Part shown: positions 1-9,428 of the stretch, in pieces | Layout of the letters: each line of letters begins with the position of its first letter | How positions within the stretch are numbered: position 1 is the stretch's first letter | IMG/VR virus record: IMGVR_UViG_2974707348_000001 | Span: 59,024-123,023 of that record | Strand: one strand, 5' to 3' | Length of the DNA stretch: 64,000 nt | Source: a virus | Taxonomy: Duplodnaviria; Caudoviricetes | The notes under the pieces: generated by a model | Told to the model about the DNA's origin: nothing | Database searches by the model: none | What the model saw: the letters and a program-made list of their open reading frames with translations, nothing else | Position numbers and translations under genes: made by a program

Positions 1-19
1 AGGAGGATTTAGACACGAT

Positions 20-544
20 ATGCAATCTAAACTTCCTGTTGGGGCTGTTGTTTCAGTCTTTGTGAACTACTGCTCATTCCATTGTTTAGGATGTTGGAAT
101 AGTGATACGTGGGAGAGAAAAGATGATTTATTTGTAGAAGATGAGAAAGTTGCAGAACAAATCATCGAAGGATTAGACCAGTTTGACTTAAATCCGCCTA
201 TTGGGTTGAGTTTCTTAGGTGGAGACCCTATCTTACCACAGAATGCAGAATCAACAGCTAATATAATTAGACTTGTATTAGAGAAGAAACCTAACATTGT
301 TATTGGTTTATGGACTGGATACAAATTTGAATACTTATTAAAACATGCTGATGAGAACCAAAAATACATCTTAGAACATATTGATGTTATCATTGATGGC
401 AGATTTATTGAAAAGAAAAAGATAGCAAACAAAAGATATGGTTCATATAATCAACGAGTTATTAATGTTCCTAAATCACTTAAAAAATGTAAGACAATAT
501 TTACAGAATCTTATCAACTAGATATGAAAGATTTCCCAATATAA
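20..544 (+). CDS. nrdG: Anaerobic ribonucleotide reductase activating protein (radical SAM); true start may lie upstream of the window
   Basis: CxxxCxxC (CSFHCLGC), LGGDP, WTGY, IDGRF and GSYNQRVI motifs; frame is open back to position 2. Confidence 0.9.
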   Translation: MQSKLPVGAVVSVFVNYCSFHCLGCWNSDTWERKDDLFVEDEKVAEQIIEGLDQFDLNPPIGLSFLGGDPILPQNAESTANIIRLVLEKKPNIVIGLWTGYKFEYLLKHADENQKYILEHIDVIIDGRFIEKKKIANKRYGSYNQRVINVPKSLKKCKTIFTESYQLDMKDFPI

Positions 545-546
545 AT

Positions 547-589
547 TTAAAAGCTATCTCTTGACCGAGATGGCTTTTAATGGTATAAT
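547..589 (+). promoter_or_regulatory. Hairpin (terminator-like) overlapping a sigma70/RpoD promoter
   Basis: TTGACC 561-566, 17 bp, TG-N-TATAAT 584-589; arms 547-560 and 567-580 with the -35 box as the loop. Confidence 0.8.
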
Positions 590-623
590 AATAATAGTAA
601 TATGAAATGAAAAGAGATAGGAA

Positions 624-1160
624 ATGCCTAAAAAATTAACAACAGAAGAAATTGATAAAAGAATTAAAGAATTAACTAATGGGGAATATTTATTATTGGG
701 AGATTATGTTAATTCTTACACTAAAATACAAATCAAACACAGTCTATGTAGAAATACATATGAAGTGAAATGGAGTCATTTTCAACAAGGTAGAAGGTGT
801 CCAAAATGTAATGAATCTAAGGGTGAGAAAACAATCTCAGACATTTTAAACTCTCTTAACATTAAATACACTACTCAAAAAAGATTCCCAGAATGTAAGT
901 ATAAACATACTCTACCATTTGACTTTTATGTTTATAATAAAAAATCTAAACTACTTATTGAATTTGATGGTATCCAACACTTTAAATCAATTGATGCATG
1001 GGGTGGAGATAATGGTCTTAAAGATACTCAATTCAGAGACCAAATCAAAAATGATTTCGCTCTCTCAAAAAATATTCCTCTGTTAAGAATGCCCTATACA
1101 GAACAAGATAATATCAAACAAATCCTAACAAACAAACTCAAAGAGTTAGATTTTATTTAA
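624..1160 (+). CDS. Free-standing putative homing endonuclease: one Zn-ribbon repeat plus Vsr/DUF559-like nuclease domain
   Basis: HxxC...CxxC repeat, then LPFDFY, IEFDGxQH and IPLLRxPY; paralogue of 5857-7179. Confidence 0.75.
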   Translation: MPKKLTTEEIDKRIKELTNGEYLLLGDYVNSYTKIQIKHSLCRNTYEVKWSHFQQGRRCPKCNESKGEKTISDILNSLNIKYTTQKRFPECKYKHTLPFDFYVYNKKSKLLIEFDGIQHFKSIDAWGGDNGLKDTQFRDQIKNDFALSKNIPLLRMPYTEQDNIKQILTNKLKELDFI

Positions 1161-1167
1161 CTACGAC

Positions 1168-1196
1168 TTGACTATTTTAAATAAATATGCTATAAT
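1168..1196 (+). promoter_or_regulatory. sigma70-type promoter
   Basis: TTGACT, 17 bp, TG-C-TATAAT. Confidence 0.75.
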
Positions 1197-1217
1197 ATTA
1201 TATAGAAGGAGATTAAT

Positions 1218-1415
1218 ATGAATTTATTAGAACATTATATTGAAGAAGTCGTTCTTGAAAAGCCTTTCAAGGCAGACTGGACAAAACAACATAAAGATAA
1301 ATTTGTCGAAGTCGAAATGATTGTAAATGTTCATGGTGGGCTATCTAGCGCACATAAAATTTTTACAGTTGACAAATGGAAGGAAGTCAAAGAAAAGGGC
1401 TTTTATATTGCGTAA
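1218..1415 (+). CDS. Hypothetical protein
   Basis: ORF with AAGGAG RBS downstream of a promoter. Confidence 0.7.
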   Translation: MNLLEHYIEEVVLEKPFKADWTKQHKDKFVEVEMIVNVHGGLSSAHKIFTVDKWKEVKEKGFYIA

Positions 1416-1433
1416 TTATAAAGGAGGTGTATA

Positions 1434-1685
1434 ATGACACTAGGTTCGGTAGATTTCAAAATAAAAGATTTAGTCAAGTCAGAATCAGATAACTTTGCCT
1501 TAGTACAGCATGACAATCTATATCAAGTATTTGAGAAAGACAGTAACAACCCATTTATCGTTTACGATGATGAAACAAAACAATTAAATTACCTAAACAA
1601 AAATGTTTATTCTGCTGATAATCAACATAAAGCTCGTGCTATATACGAGAAATTACAGATTATCAAAAACAACAGAACGTTTTAG
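1434..1685 (+). CDS. Hypothetical protein
   Basis: ORF with AAGGAGG RBS. Confidence 0.7.
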   Translation: MTLGSVDFKIKDLVKSESDNFALVQHDNLYQVFEKDSNNPFIVYDDETKQLNYLNKNVYSADNQHKARAIYEKLQIIKNNRTF

Positions 1686-1723
1686 TTGACAAAATAAGAC
1701 TATTATGATATAATAGTCTTATT
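1686..1723 (+). promoter_or_regulatory. Promoter of the nrdH-nrdI-nrdE operon with a 13-bp-arm palindrome over the -10 box
   Basis: TTGACA 1686-1691, 17 bp, TATAAT 1709-1714; AATAAGACTATTA-TGATA-TAATAGTCTTATT at 1693-1723. Confidence 0.75.
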
Positions 1724-1748
1724 GCTTTATATAGAAGGAGATATAAAA

Positions 1749-1988
1749 ATGGTTAAAGTATACAGTAAATACAATTGCAAAAATTGTAAGCAAGTCAAAC
1801 GCTTACTCAAATTCTCAGAGATTGATTATGTTGAGATTAATGTTGAAGACAATGAAGAAGCATTCAAATACGTTAAAGAAGAACTAGGGTTCTCTAATCT
1901 TCCAGTTATCGTAGCTCAGGATGTAGAACCATTTGAGTTCAACTCTATCAAAGTGAATGAATTTGTTAAGAGTCATGCACATGGATAA
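1749..1988 (+). CDS. nrdH: NrdH glutaredoxin-like redoxin
   Basis: VYSKxxCKNC and GFxxLPV motifs; ATG 1749 follows AAGGAG; lies upstream of nrdI and nrdE. Confidence 0.85.
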   Translation: MVKVYSKYNCKNCKQVKRLLKFSEIDYVEINVEDNEEAFKYVKEELGFSNLPVIVAQDVEPFEFNSIKVNEFVKSHAHG

Positions 1989-2352
1989 TATTTTAATTGC
2001 TTATAAATCATTAGGTGGAAACTGTGATAGAGTAATTAAAAAACTTGGTATCGGAGGATTCAAGATTGATGGAGATAATATCTATGACTTTAATGAAAAT
2101 AGTAAATTTTATCTCTTGATTCCCACTTATGAGGAAGAGTGGATTGGAGATGCGTGGGATTTTATGGACGATTATCATGAGAACTGCCTAGGTATCATAG
2201 GGTCAGGAAACTTTAACTTTGGAGATGACATGTTCATATTTACAGCGAATGACATGAGTAAGAAATATGATATTCCTGTAATCTATTCCATTGAGAATTT
2301 TGGAAATAAGAAAGACATCAATAACATTAAAGAGTTATTGCAAATAAATTAA
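1981..2352 (+). CDS. nrdI: NrdI flavodoxin-like protein
   Basis: YxSLGGNC, IPTY, GIIGSGNxNFG and IENFG motifs. Confidence 0.9.
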   Translation: MDNILIAYKSLGGNCDRVIKKLGIGGFKIDGDNIYDFNENSKFYLLIPTYEEEWIGDAWDFMDDYHENCLGIIGSGNFNFGDDMFIFTANDMSKKYDIPVIYSIENFGNKKDINNIKELLQIN

Positions 2353-2365
2353 TAGGAGGTTTCAC

Positions 2366-3526
2366 TTGACAGTCACAAAGATTGAAACAAAAAAATCAGC
2401 AACACCAGAGTATTTTATGCTCAACAACCAACTAAATATCATTAAAGATGGTAAAATTCAGTTGAACGCAGACAGAGAAGCTGTCCATAGCTATTTCATT
2501 GATTACGTAAACCCACATACAGTCTATTTTGGAGACTTGCGTGAGAAGCTCGACTATTTAGTGAAACACAAGTATATCAAAGGCGAAGTACTTGATAAAT
2601 ATACTTTCAAATTTATTAAAAAATTATTTAAAACTCTATATGACAAGAAGTTTAGATTCACAACTTTCATGGGTGCGTATAAGTTTTATACACAATATGC
2701 TATGCACACAACAGATGGAAAATCAATTCTTGAACGATATGAAGACCGTATTGCTTTTAATGCCTTAGTTATGGCTGATGGCGATGAGCAATTGGCTCTC
2801 AACATTGCAAATGAAATGATTTCACAAACCTATCAACCTGCAACACCAACATTTTCTAATGCTGGTAAATTGCGTGGGGGTAATGCTGTATCATGTTTTC
2901 TCTTGAATATTGAAGATAATATGACTTCTATCGGACGCTCAGTAAACTCAGTTCTTCAATTGTCTAAAATGGGTGGTGGAGTTGGAATCAACTTAACTGA
3001 TATCCGTCCATCAGGAGACCCTATCAAGGGTATTGAGAATATGGCTGATGGAGTTGTTCCAATCATGAAACTTTATGAAGATTCATTTTCATATGCCAAT
3101 CAACTGGGGACAAGAAGCGGTGCAGGAGTGACTTATCTCAATGTATTCCATAAAGATATTGTTAAATTCCTATCTACTAAAAAAGAAAATGCTGACGAAA
3201 AAGTTCGTGTTAAAACACTTTCGTTGGGTGTTGTCGTTCCTGATAAATTCTATGAACTCATTGCTAAAGGTGAATCAATGTATTTGTTCAGCCCTTATGA
3301 TATCTATAATGAATACGGAAAACTAATGTCTGAAATCAACATCACAGAAATGTATGATGAGTTAGTTGAAAACAAAAATATCAAGAAAGATAAAATCTTT
3401 GCTCGTGACCTTGAAGAAGAAATGTCTAAACTTATTCAAGAGTCAGGATATCCATACATCATTAATATTGATACAGCAAACCAAGAAAATGCTATTGATG
3501 GTGTAATTAAAATGAGTAATTTGTGT
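2366..3526 (+). CDS. nrdE: Class Ib ribonucleotide reductase alpha subunit, exon 1
   Basis: ERYEDR, QPATPTF, VSCFL, GGGVG and ESGYPY motifs; ends SNLC immediately before intron 1. Confidence 0.95.
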
Positions 3527-3882
3527 TGATAGTAGCACCTTTATAGAGAAATCTATATCGAAAATCCTGTGAAACGGAGAAACTCTAATTTTTAAATTAG
3601 ACAATTCCGTGCTAAATAAAATATAGTTAAAAATAAAGGAAATAATAATAACTATATTTTTAAATGCCTAACGACTAGAGAAATCAGATGAGATAAGTAA
3701 TTATCTCTGAATAAGAAATTATCGTAAGCCTTAAACAAGGTTGAAGCGCAGGAAACCTAAGAATCCAAAACTGGATTTATGGTTATGAAATAGTCTGTTC
3801 TATATAGTGATATATAGATGTTTATATCATAATGTACTGGATATAAACTGCTAAAGAGTAGTGACCTTTAGTGAACAAAAAG
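3527..3882 (+). mobile_element. Group I intron (356 nt, ORF-less) in nrdE
   Basis: 5' exon ends in U with P1 GUGU/GCAC; P3 UCCUGUG/CGCAGGA; P7 ACGACUA/UAGUCU; terminal G3882; splicing restores SNLC|SEILQ. Confidence 0.92.
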
Positions 3883-4123
3883 TCAGAAATCCTTCAAGTA
3901 CAATCTCCATCAGAGTTGAACCCAGACCAAACTTATAAGACTATTGGTACTGACGTATCATGTAATCTTGGTTCAACTAATATTGCACATCTTATGGAAT
4001 CACCAGACTTTGGAAAATCTGTTAGAACAGCATTTCGTGCATTAACCTATGTTGCAGATAGCTCTAATATTGAAGAAGTTCCTACTGTCAAGAATGCCAA
4101 CGACAAGTATCACTCAGTAGGGT
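3883..4123 (+). CDS. nrdE: nrdE exon 2
   Basis: SEILQ...VSCNLGS...HSVG. Confidence 0.92.
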
Positions 4124-4974
4124 TGAAAATCGCCTAGCTCTACTATAAAATTTTGCTATATGCTGGAAACTCTTAAAGATATTGATACTTGAATCTTACC
4201 AATTCGCAAAAGTAAAAATTCAATATATAAATAGACAATCAGCAGGGAAGTCGTGGTTGACCCCTCAGAGACTACACGCAGAACAACTTAACCAAAAAAA
4301 ACATTTAACTATAATAGAAAGGAGAATATATGGAAGAATTATGGTCTAATATTGATGGTTTTAACGACAAATATCTTATAAGTTCTTTAGGTAGAATGAA
4401 AATTCAAGCCAATACATCTAAAAGAATGATTAATGGTGTTGTATTCGATTATCATCAAAAAGAAATGATAAAATCTCTAAAAATAAACGAAGATAAAAAT
4501 GAATATGTAAAAGTTCGTCTAATTCAGAAACTTAATAATAAATCAAAAACAGTTTCTGTACATAGATTAGTTGCAAAAGCATTTATTCCTAATCCTCATA
4601 ATCTACCAGAAGTAAATCATATAAATGGTAAGAAAAGTGACAATAGAGTTGAGAATCTTGAATGGTGCGATAAAAGCTATAACATGAAACATGCAATAGA
4701 ATATCTTGGTTTCAAAGCTGACACCTCCAATTTACAAGACAAAAGACCTGTTTATCAAATAGATAAAGACACTGATGAGATAATTAAATCTTTTGATAGT
4801 ATCACTCAAGCCACCAGAGAAACAGGGGTTTTGCACATATCTGGTGTTTGTTTGGGTAACAGACGTACAGCTGGTGGATTTAAATGGAAATATAAAGAAT
4901 AACAACTAATGGTTAAGTTGAAGATATAGTCCAAACCCTAGACAAATATCTCGAAAGAGAGGGTATTTTCATTG
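4124..4974 (+). mobile_element. Group I intron (851 nt) in nrdE carrying an HNH ORF in P8
   Basis: P1 GUAGGGU/GCUCUAC with U-G at the splice site; P10 CGCCUA/UAGGCG; P7 AGAGACUA/UAGUCC; P8 CAACUUAACCA/UGGUUAAGUUG flanks the ORF; terminal G4974; splicing restores VG-L-GAMGLHG. Confidence 0.95.
4330..4902 (+). CDS. Intron-encoded NUMOD4-HNH-NUMOD1 homing endonuclease
   Basis: WxxIxGF..YxISSLGR; VHRLVAxAF, [18 protein letters not shown]; C-terminal FDSITQA...TAGGFKW. Confidence 0.92.
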   Translation: MEELWSNIDGFNDKYLISSLGRMKIQANTSKRMINGVVFDYHQKEMIKSLKINEDKNEYVKVRLIQKLNNKSKTVSVHRLVAKAFIPNPHNLPEVNHINGKKSDNRVENLEWCDKSYNMKHAIEYLGFKADTSNLQDKRPVYQIDKDTDEIIKSFDSITQATRETGVLHISGVCLGNRRTAGGFKWKYKE

Positions 4975-5762
4975 TAGGCGCAATGGGGCTACATGGATTC
5001 CTTGCTAAAAACGGAATCTTCTATGGTTCTCCTGAATCAATTGAGTTCACAGGTATGTACTTCCAACTTCTGAACTATTGGACTTTGTTTGAAAGCAATC
5101 AAATTGCTATCGAACGCAACAAAGCTTTCTATAACTTTGATAAATCAGAATATGCAAATGGTAAATATTTCAAACGCTATTTACCACGTGTTAAATTCAA
5201 AAATAATCTTTCTGATACAGTTCAAGAATTATTTAAAGACATTGATATCCCAACTGCACAAGACTGGGCTGACCTACAATCTTCAATCGAAGAACATGGT
5301 TTATATAACTCTTATCGTTTGGCTGTGGCTCCAAATGGTTCTATTTCTTATATCAATGAAGCAACTGCATCTATTCATCCAATCGTACAAAAGATTGAGA
5401 AACGTTCAGAAGGTAAGCGTGGTGATGTATTCTACCCAGCACCTTATCTTTCAGAAGGTCTTCCTTACTATGAATCAGCTTATAACATTGACCAGCGCCA
5501 AATCATTGATGTCTACGCAGAAGCGCAAAAACATGTTGACCAAGCTCTTTCTATGACACTCTTCATGAATGCAGACCACGGAAAAGATTTGTATGAGTGG
5601 AAAATTGGAACAAGTGGTGAAGACTCATTCACTACCCGTGATATTAACATCTTACGCAATTATGCATGGACTAAAGGTATTAAATCAATTTACTATGTTC
5701 GTACTTATCGTTCTGATGGTGAAGTTAGTTCAGTAAACGAATGTGAATCATGTTCAATCTAA
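4975..5762 (+). CDS. nrdE: nrdE exon 3 (spliced NrdE = 729 aa)
   Basis: APNGSISY, VDQALS, KSIYYVR and C-terminal CESC; exons sum to 2190 nt, in frame. Confidence 0.93.
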
Positions 5763-5776
5763 TGTAATATAAATTT

Positions 5777-5818
5777 AAAATACTATCTCTTGACAGGAAT
5801 AGTATTTTTTGATATAAT
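5777..5818 (+). promoter_or_regulatory. Terminator hairpin overlapping a promoter
   Basis: AAAATACTAT/ATAGTATTTT stem plus T run; TTGACA 5790-5795, 17 bp, TATAAT 5813-5818. Confidence 0.8.
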
Positions 5819-5856
5819 AGTATTAAATATTAAAACACTAAAAGGAACATAAAGAT

Positions 5857-7179
5857 ATGGCAAATAAATTAACAAATGAAGATGTAGATAAAAGAATTTT
5901 TAATCTCGTTAGAGATGAATATATAAGACTGGGAGAGTATAAAAATACTCATTCTAAATTATTAATCAAGCATAATATCTGTGGAAATGAGTATAAAACA
6001 TCTTGGCATAACTTTGAGAAAATTCGTAAATGTCCAGAGTGTTCTAAGATTAAAAACAAAAAACAATCTTTAACAAATAAGGAGATAGATAAACGTATTC
6101 TTAAGATTGGGAATGGGGAATATACTAGGTTAGGTGAATATAAAAATAGTAAAATTAAATTTTTGATAAAGCATAATGTCTGCGGAAATGAATATGAAGT
6201 CGATTGGAGTAATTTTTATAGTGGCAAAAGATGTCCTAAATGTAGTGTGTCAATTTCATCTCAAAAAAGAAGTTTAAATAATGGAAAAATTGATAAAGAA
6301 ATTTATAAATTAGTAGAAGATGAGTATATTAGATTGGGTGAATATAAAGATTCTAAAACAAAGTTTTTGATAAAACATATCACGTGTGGAAATGAATATA
6401 CTGTTATATGGGGCAATTTTAAAAAAGGTCAGAGATGTCCAAAATGTTATGGCAATAAAAAACTGAACAATGAAACAGTTGATAAAGAGATTTTAAAGCT
6501 CGTTGGAGATGAGTATGTTAGATATGGTGAGTATAAAAACAACTCTACTAAAATGCTCATCAAGCACAATATCTGTGGAAATAAATATATGGGTAGATGG
6601 AGTAACTTTCAATCAGGTCAGAGATGTCCTGAATGTTATGGAACAGAAAAAAGAACAGATAAATATGTAGAAGAGGGTATTCATAATCTGGTAGGAAATG
6701 AATATAGCAAACTAGGGAAATATCTAGGGGCAAATAAAAACTTTCTAATGAAACATAATGTATGTGAAAATGAATATATGGTTTCATGGGCTAATTTTCG
6801 AAAAGGTAAAAGATGTCCTAAGTGTGCTAGCTCAAAGGGGGAGAAAAAAGTATCAGATATATTAAAACGATTAAATATGGAATATGTATCTGAGAAAAGA
6901 TTTAAAAATTGTAAAAATGAAAAACCTCTTCCTTTTGACTTTTATATAGCCAATAAGAAAACTAAATTACTTATTGAATTTGATGGTAAACAGCATTTTC
7001 AACCTATTGAATATTTTGGTGGAAAAAAGCAGTTCGAGAGACAACAAGTTAATGATTCTATCAAGACAAAATTCGCAAAAGATAATAATATCCCCTTATT
7101 ACGTATCCCTTACGCAGAAATAGATAACATTGAAACAATTCTCGTCAATAAATTAAAAGAATTAAATTTTATTAAATAG
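5857..7179 (+). CDS. Free-standing putative homing endonuclease: five tandem Zn-ribbon repeats plus Vsr/DUF559-like nuclease domain
   Basis: Five 63-68 aa repeats EYxRxGEYK..KxLIKHxxCGNxY..WxNF..GxRCPxC, then LPFDFY, IEFDGKQH and IPLLRIPY. Confidence 0.8.
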   Translation: MANKLTNEDVDKRIFNLVRDEYIRLGEYKNTHSKLLIKHNICGNEYKTSWHNFEKIRKCPECSKIKNKKQSLTNKEIDKRILKIGNGEYTRLGEYKNSKIKFLIKHNVCGNEYEVDWSNFYSGKRCPKCSVSISSQKRSLNNGKIDKEIYKLVEDEYIRLGEYKDSKTKFLIKHITCGNEYTVIWGNFKKGQRCPKCYGNKKLNNETVDKEILKLVGDEYVRYGEYKNNSTKMLIKHNICGNKYMGRWSNFQSGQRCPECYGTEKRTDKYVEEGIHNLVGNEYSKLGKYLGANKNFLMKHNVCENEYMVSWANFRKGKRCPKCASSKGEKKVSDILKRLNMEYVSEKRFKNCKNEKPLPFDFYIANKKTKLLIEFDGKQHFQPIEYFGGKKQFERQQVNDSIKTKFAKDNNIPLLRIPYAEIDNIETILVNKLKELNFIK

Positions 7180-7191
7180 AAAGAGGTTTGT

Positions 7192-7602
7192 ATGCCTAAT
7201 AAATTAAATGTAGAAGATAAAAGTTTTGAAGATAAATGGTTTATCTTTGATACATATCATGAAATCAGCAAGTGTGTTTATTACAATGAAGAATTAAATA
7301 ATCTAATGACATTCTACTCTGAAACAGAAGAAACACCTGTTGACGTTATTAACTGGGTTGTTAATAAAGATAGATTTTTAGAAACTTTAGATATTCTTGA
7401 AACAAATAAAAATACAGTTGTCAGTTTCTTTAGAGTTGAAGGAACTACGTCTGTTGTCACAATTCTTGAAACAACAAAAGATGTGATTGATACACTCAAA
7501 AGAAAAACAATGAGTGGTATCAACAAACACATTAATGATGTGATTTACAAAAAAGATAAAAAACTTTTGTATAAGAAATTTGCAATAGTTAAAGACTTGT
7601 AA
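7192..7602 (+). CDS. Hypothetical protein
   Basis: ORF with GAGG RBS. Confidence 0.65.
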   Translation: MPNKLNVEDKSFEDKWFIFDTYHEISKCVYYNEELNNLMTFYSETEETPVDVINWVVNKDRFLETLDILETNKNTVVSFFRVEGTTSVVTILETTKDVIDTLKRKTMSGINKHINDVIYKKDKKLLYKKFAIVKDL

Positions 7603-7611
7603 TATAAATTT

Positions 7612-7653
7612 AAAAAAGTATTTCTTGACAGGAATGCTTTTTTGTGTTATAAT
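7612..7653 (+). promoter_or_regulatory. Terminator hairpin with the -35 box as its loop, plus promoter
   Basis: Arms 7612-7624 and 7631-7643, loop TTGACA; TATAAT 7648-7653. Confidence 0.8.
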
Positions 7654-7708
7654 ATATAATATAAAGAAGTTATTTATATATAACATTTAAAAGAAGGAAG
7701 GTATTCAA

Positions 7709-8452
7709 ATGTATAATGAAGAATTTTGGGATTTCTCAGTGCCTTACGAACAAGAATATGTTGAGTTTTTCAATAACTTAAAAGATTCTGTCAAAGAAGG
7801 TATCAAACAGGAACTTGAGGGTTTAAAAGATGAAAATAGTAGACTACAAAAGATTGTCAATGGAATCCAAGAAAAGGAAGCAAATATTAATCGTAGAGAA
7901 CGAGATTTGCAAACCGCCATTGAAGTTTCAGCTCAATCTGCCAAGAGTCTAGCTTTAAAAGAGTTACTTGAACCACTTGAAAATGTCTACTGGGATATTA
8001 CATATAAACATGAGCTAATGCCTCAATGTGATAAGTGTGACAGATATCGTAGACGAGAATATATTACACCTATGGGGCGAGAGGCTTACGAAAAATGCTC
8101 TTGTGATATTGGAAAGAATGTTTATTTTCCCAAAGAAATGACTCTACACAAAATCCACAGAAAAGATAAACAACTAAATGGATATTACACCATGAATATA
8201 AGAGGTGGAAGTGAAGAACTTGCTTATTATGGCGGAAGTGATGATGGAAGTTTTGAAACTAAAACTCCTAATAATTTTTTAATTTCCAAAGAAGAAGACT
8301 TTAAAAACTATTCTCGTTTCAATTCTATGTTTGCTACAAAAGAACTTTGTGAAAAATATTGTGAAAAACTTCAAAAAGAAGAAGATATTAAACTTCAAAA
8401 AAGATTAGAAAATGCACTTGAAGATTTAAGTCTACAAGCACCGTTTGAATAA
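7709..8452 (+). CDS. Hypothetical protein (coiled coil plus Cys-rich Zn finger)
   Basis: N-terminal heptads; CDKC...CSC. Confidence 0.7.
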   Translation: MYNEEFWDFSVPYEQEYVEFFNNLKDSVKEGIKQELEGLKDENSRLQKIVNGIQEKEANINRRERDLQTAIEVSAQSAKSLALKELLEPLENVYWDITYKHELMPQCDKCDRYRRREYITPMGREAYEKCSCDIGKNVYFPKEMTLHKIHRKDKQLNGYYTMNIRGGSEELAYYGGSDDGSFETKTPNNFLISKEEDFKNYSRFNSMFATKELCEKYCEKLQKEEDIKLQKRLENALEDLSLQAPFE

Positions 8453-8478
8453 AAAATATTATTAGAAGAGGTTATAAA

Positions 8479-8586
8479 TTGAACTGTTATTTGTGCGGTA
8501 AAGAAATTCCAGAAGAAGAAATTCTCGAAGGAGAGAAATATCAAATTTGTTACGAGTGCGAACTCAGAGAGGAGTATGGAATCTAA
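8479..8586 (+). CDS. Small Zn-finger protein (35 aa), not in the ORF track
   Basis: GAGG RBS, TTG start, CYLC...CYEC; stop overlaps the next ATG. Confidence 0.6.
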   Translation: MNCYLCGKEIPEEEILEGEKYQICYECELREEYGI

Positions 8587-8657
8587 TGAAATTAAATGAG
8601 TTCTTAGATGTTCTTAAAGGTATTGGTCAGAAGCTAAAAGAGAGTGAGGAAGAATAA
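8586..8657 (+). CDS. Micro-protein (23 aa), not in the ORF track
   Basis: GAGGAG RBS; TAATG coupling at both ends. Confidence 0.5.
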   Translation: MKLNEFLDVLKGIGQKLKESEEE

Positions 8658-8803
8658 TGCGAATAACTATATGTGAGTTCTGTAATAAACTTACACTCAA
8701 CAAACTAGATTACAGTGAAACGAATCCGTATCTTCATATATCTGAATTTTGTTACGTATGTGAAGAGTGTGGAAAAATTAAACATAGAGGAGTTGAAATA
8801 TGA
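8657..8803 (+). CDS. Small Zn-ribbon protein (48 aa), not in the ORF track
   Basis: GAGG RBS; CEFC...CEEC; ATGA overlap with the next gene. Confidence 0.6.
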   Translation: MRITICEFCNKLTLNKLDYSETNPYLHISEFCYVCEECGKIKHRGVEI

Positions 8804-9021
8804 GATTTAAAGCAAAACCAACAGAAGCGTTGACAAAAGAAATGGTTGATGAAGATTTATGGTTTTTTATGAAAGAATACGTTGACGATGAAGGATACAT
8901 CTATGGGTGGTATGTTGATGGGTATATTGTGGGTGGAATGATTGAAGCAAATGATGAATACTGTTCGCTTGAATATTGGGTGCCAGTTATTAAAGACACG
9001 GTAGTGTTAGTAGAGGAGTAA
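8800..9021 (+). CDS. YopX-like phage protein
   Basis: MRFKAK..YGWYVDGYIVG..EYWVPV..TV pattern. Confidence 0.55.
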   Translation: MRFKAKPTEALTKEMVDEDLWFFMKEYVDDEGYIYGWYVDGYIVGGMIEANDEYCSLEYWVPVIKDTVVLVEE

Positions 9022-9022
9022 T

Positions 9023-9418
9023 ATGTTTGAACTGATTGGACTTCCAACAGAATGGATTTACTCCCCATCAATGTGTTTTATGCCAGATGGAGTAACACTT
9101 GAACAGCGTGAACATTATCATTATTATAATGATGCAGAACTTATAGCAGAAGATGAGGAAGAAATTCCTATGCGTGGAATTTGCGGAAAAGGACTAGCGT
9201 TGAATTGGAGTCTGGCAACTCTTGATAGAAATATTCAACATTTAGATTGTCCTACTATGTTTTGTCAGGATTGCATTGAAATTATGAATCGTAAAAAAGA
9301 AAGTACTCTTGCTGAGTTATCATACTTAAACATTTACGCAGATAATCCAAATGAATATATTCTACAGGCTCTCGAAGATGAAATGGAGTCCTATCAACCA
9401 ACGAAAGATTATAAGTAG
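9023..9418 (+). CDS. Hypothetical protein (possible Zn binding)
   Basis: ORF with GGAG RBS; H, C and CxxC residues. Confidence 0.65.
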   Translation: MFELIGLPTEWIYSPSMCFMPDGVTLEQREHYHYYNDAELIAEDEEEIPMRGICGKGLALNWSLATLDRNIQHLDCPTMFCQDCIEIMNRKKESTLAELSYLNIYADNPNEYILQALEDEMESYQPTKDYK

Positions 9419-9428
9419 GAGAGAAGAA

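Noticed and set aside
2366-5762. nrdE as a fragmented pseudogene
   Set aside because: The breaks are explained by two group I introns whose removal restores the frame and conserved motifs.
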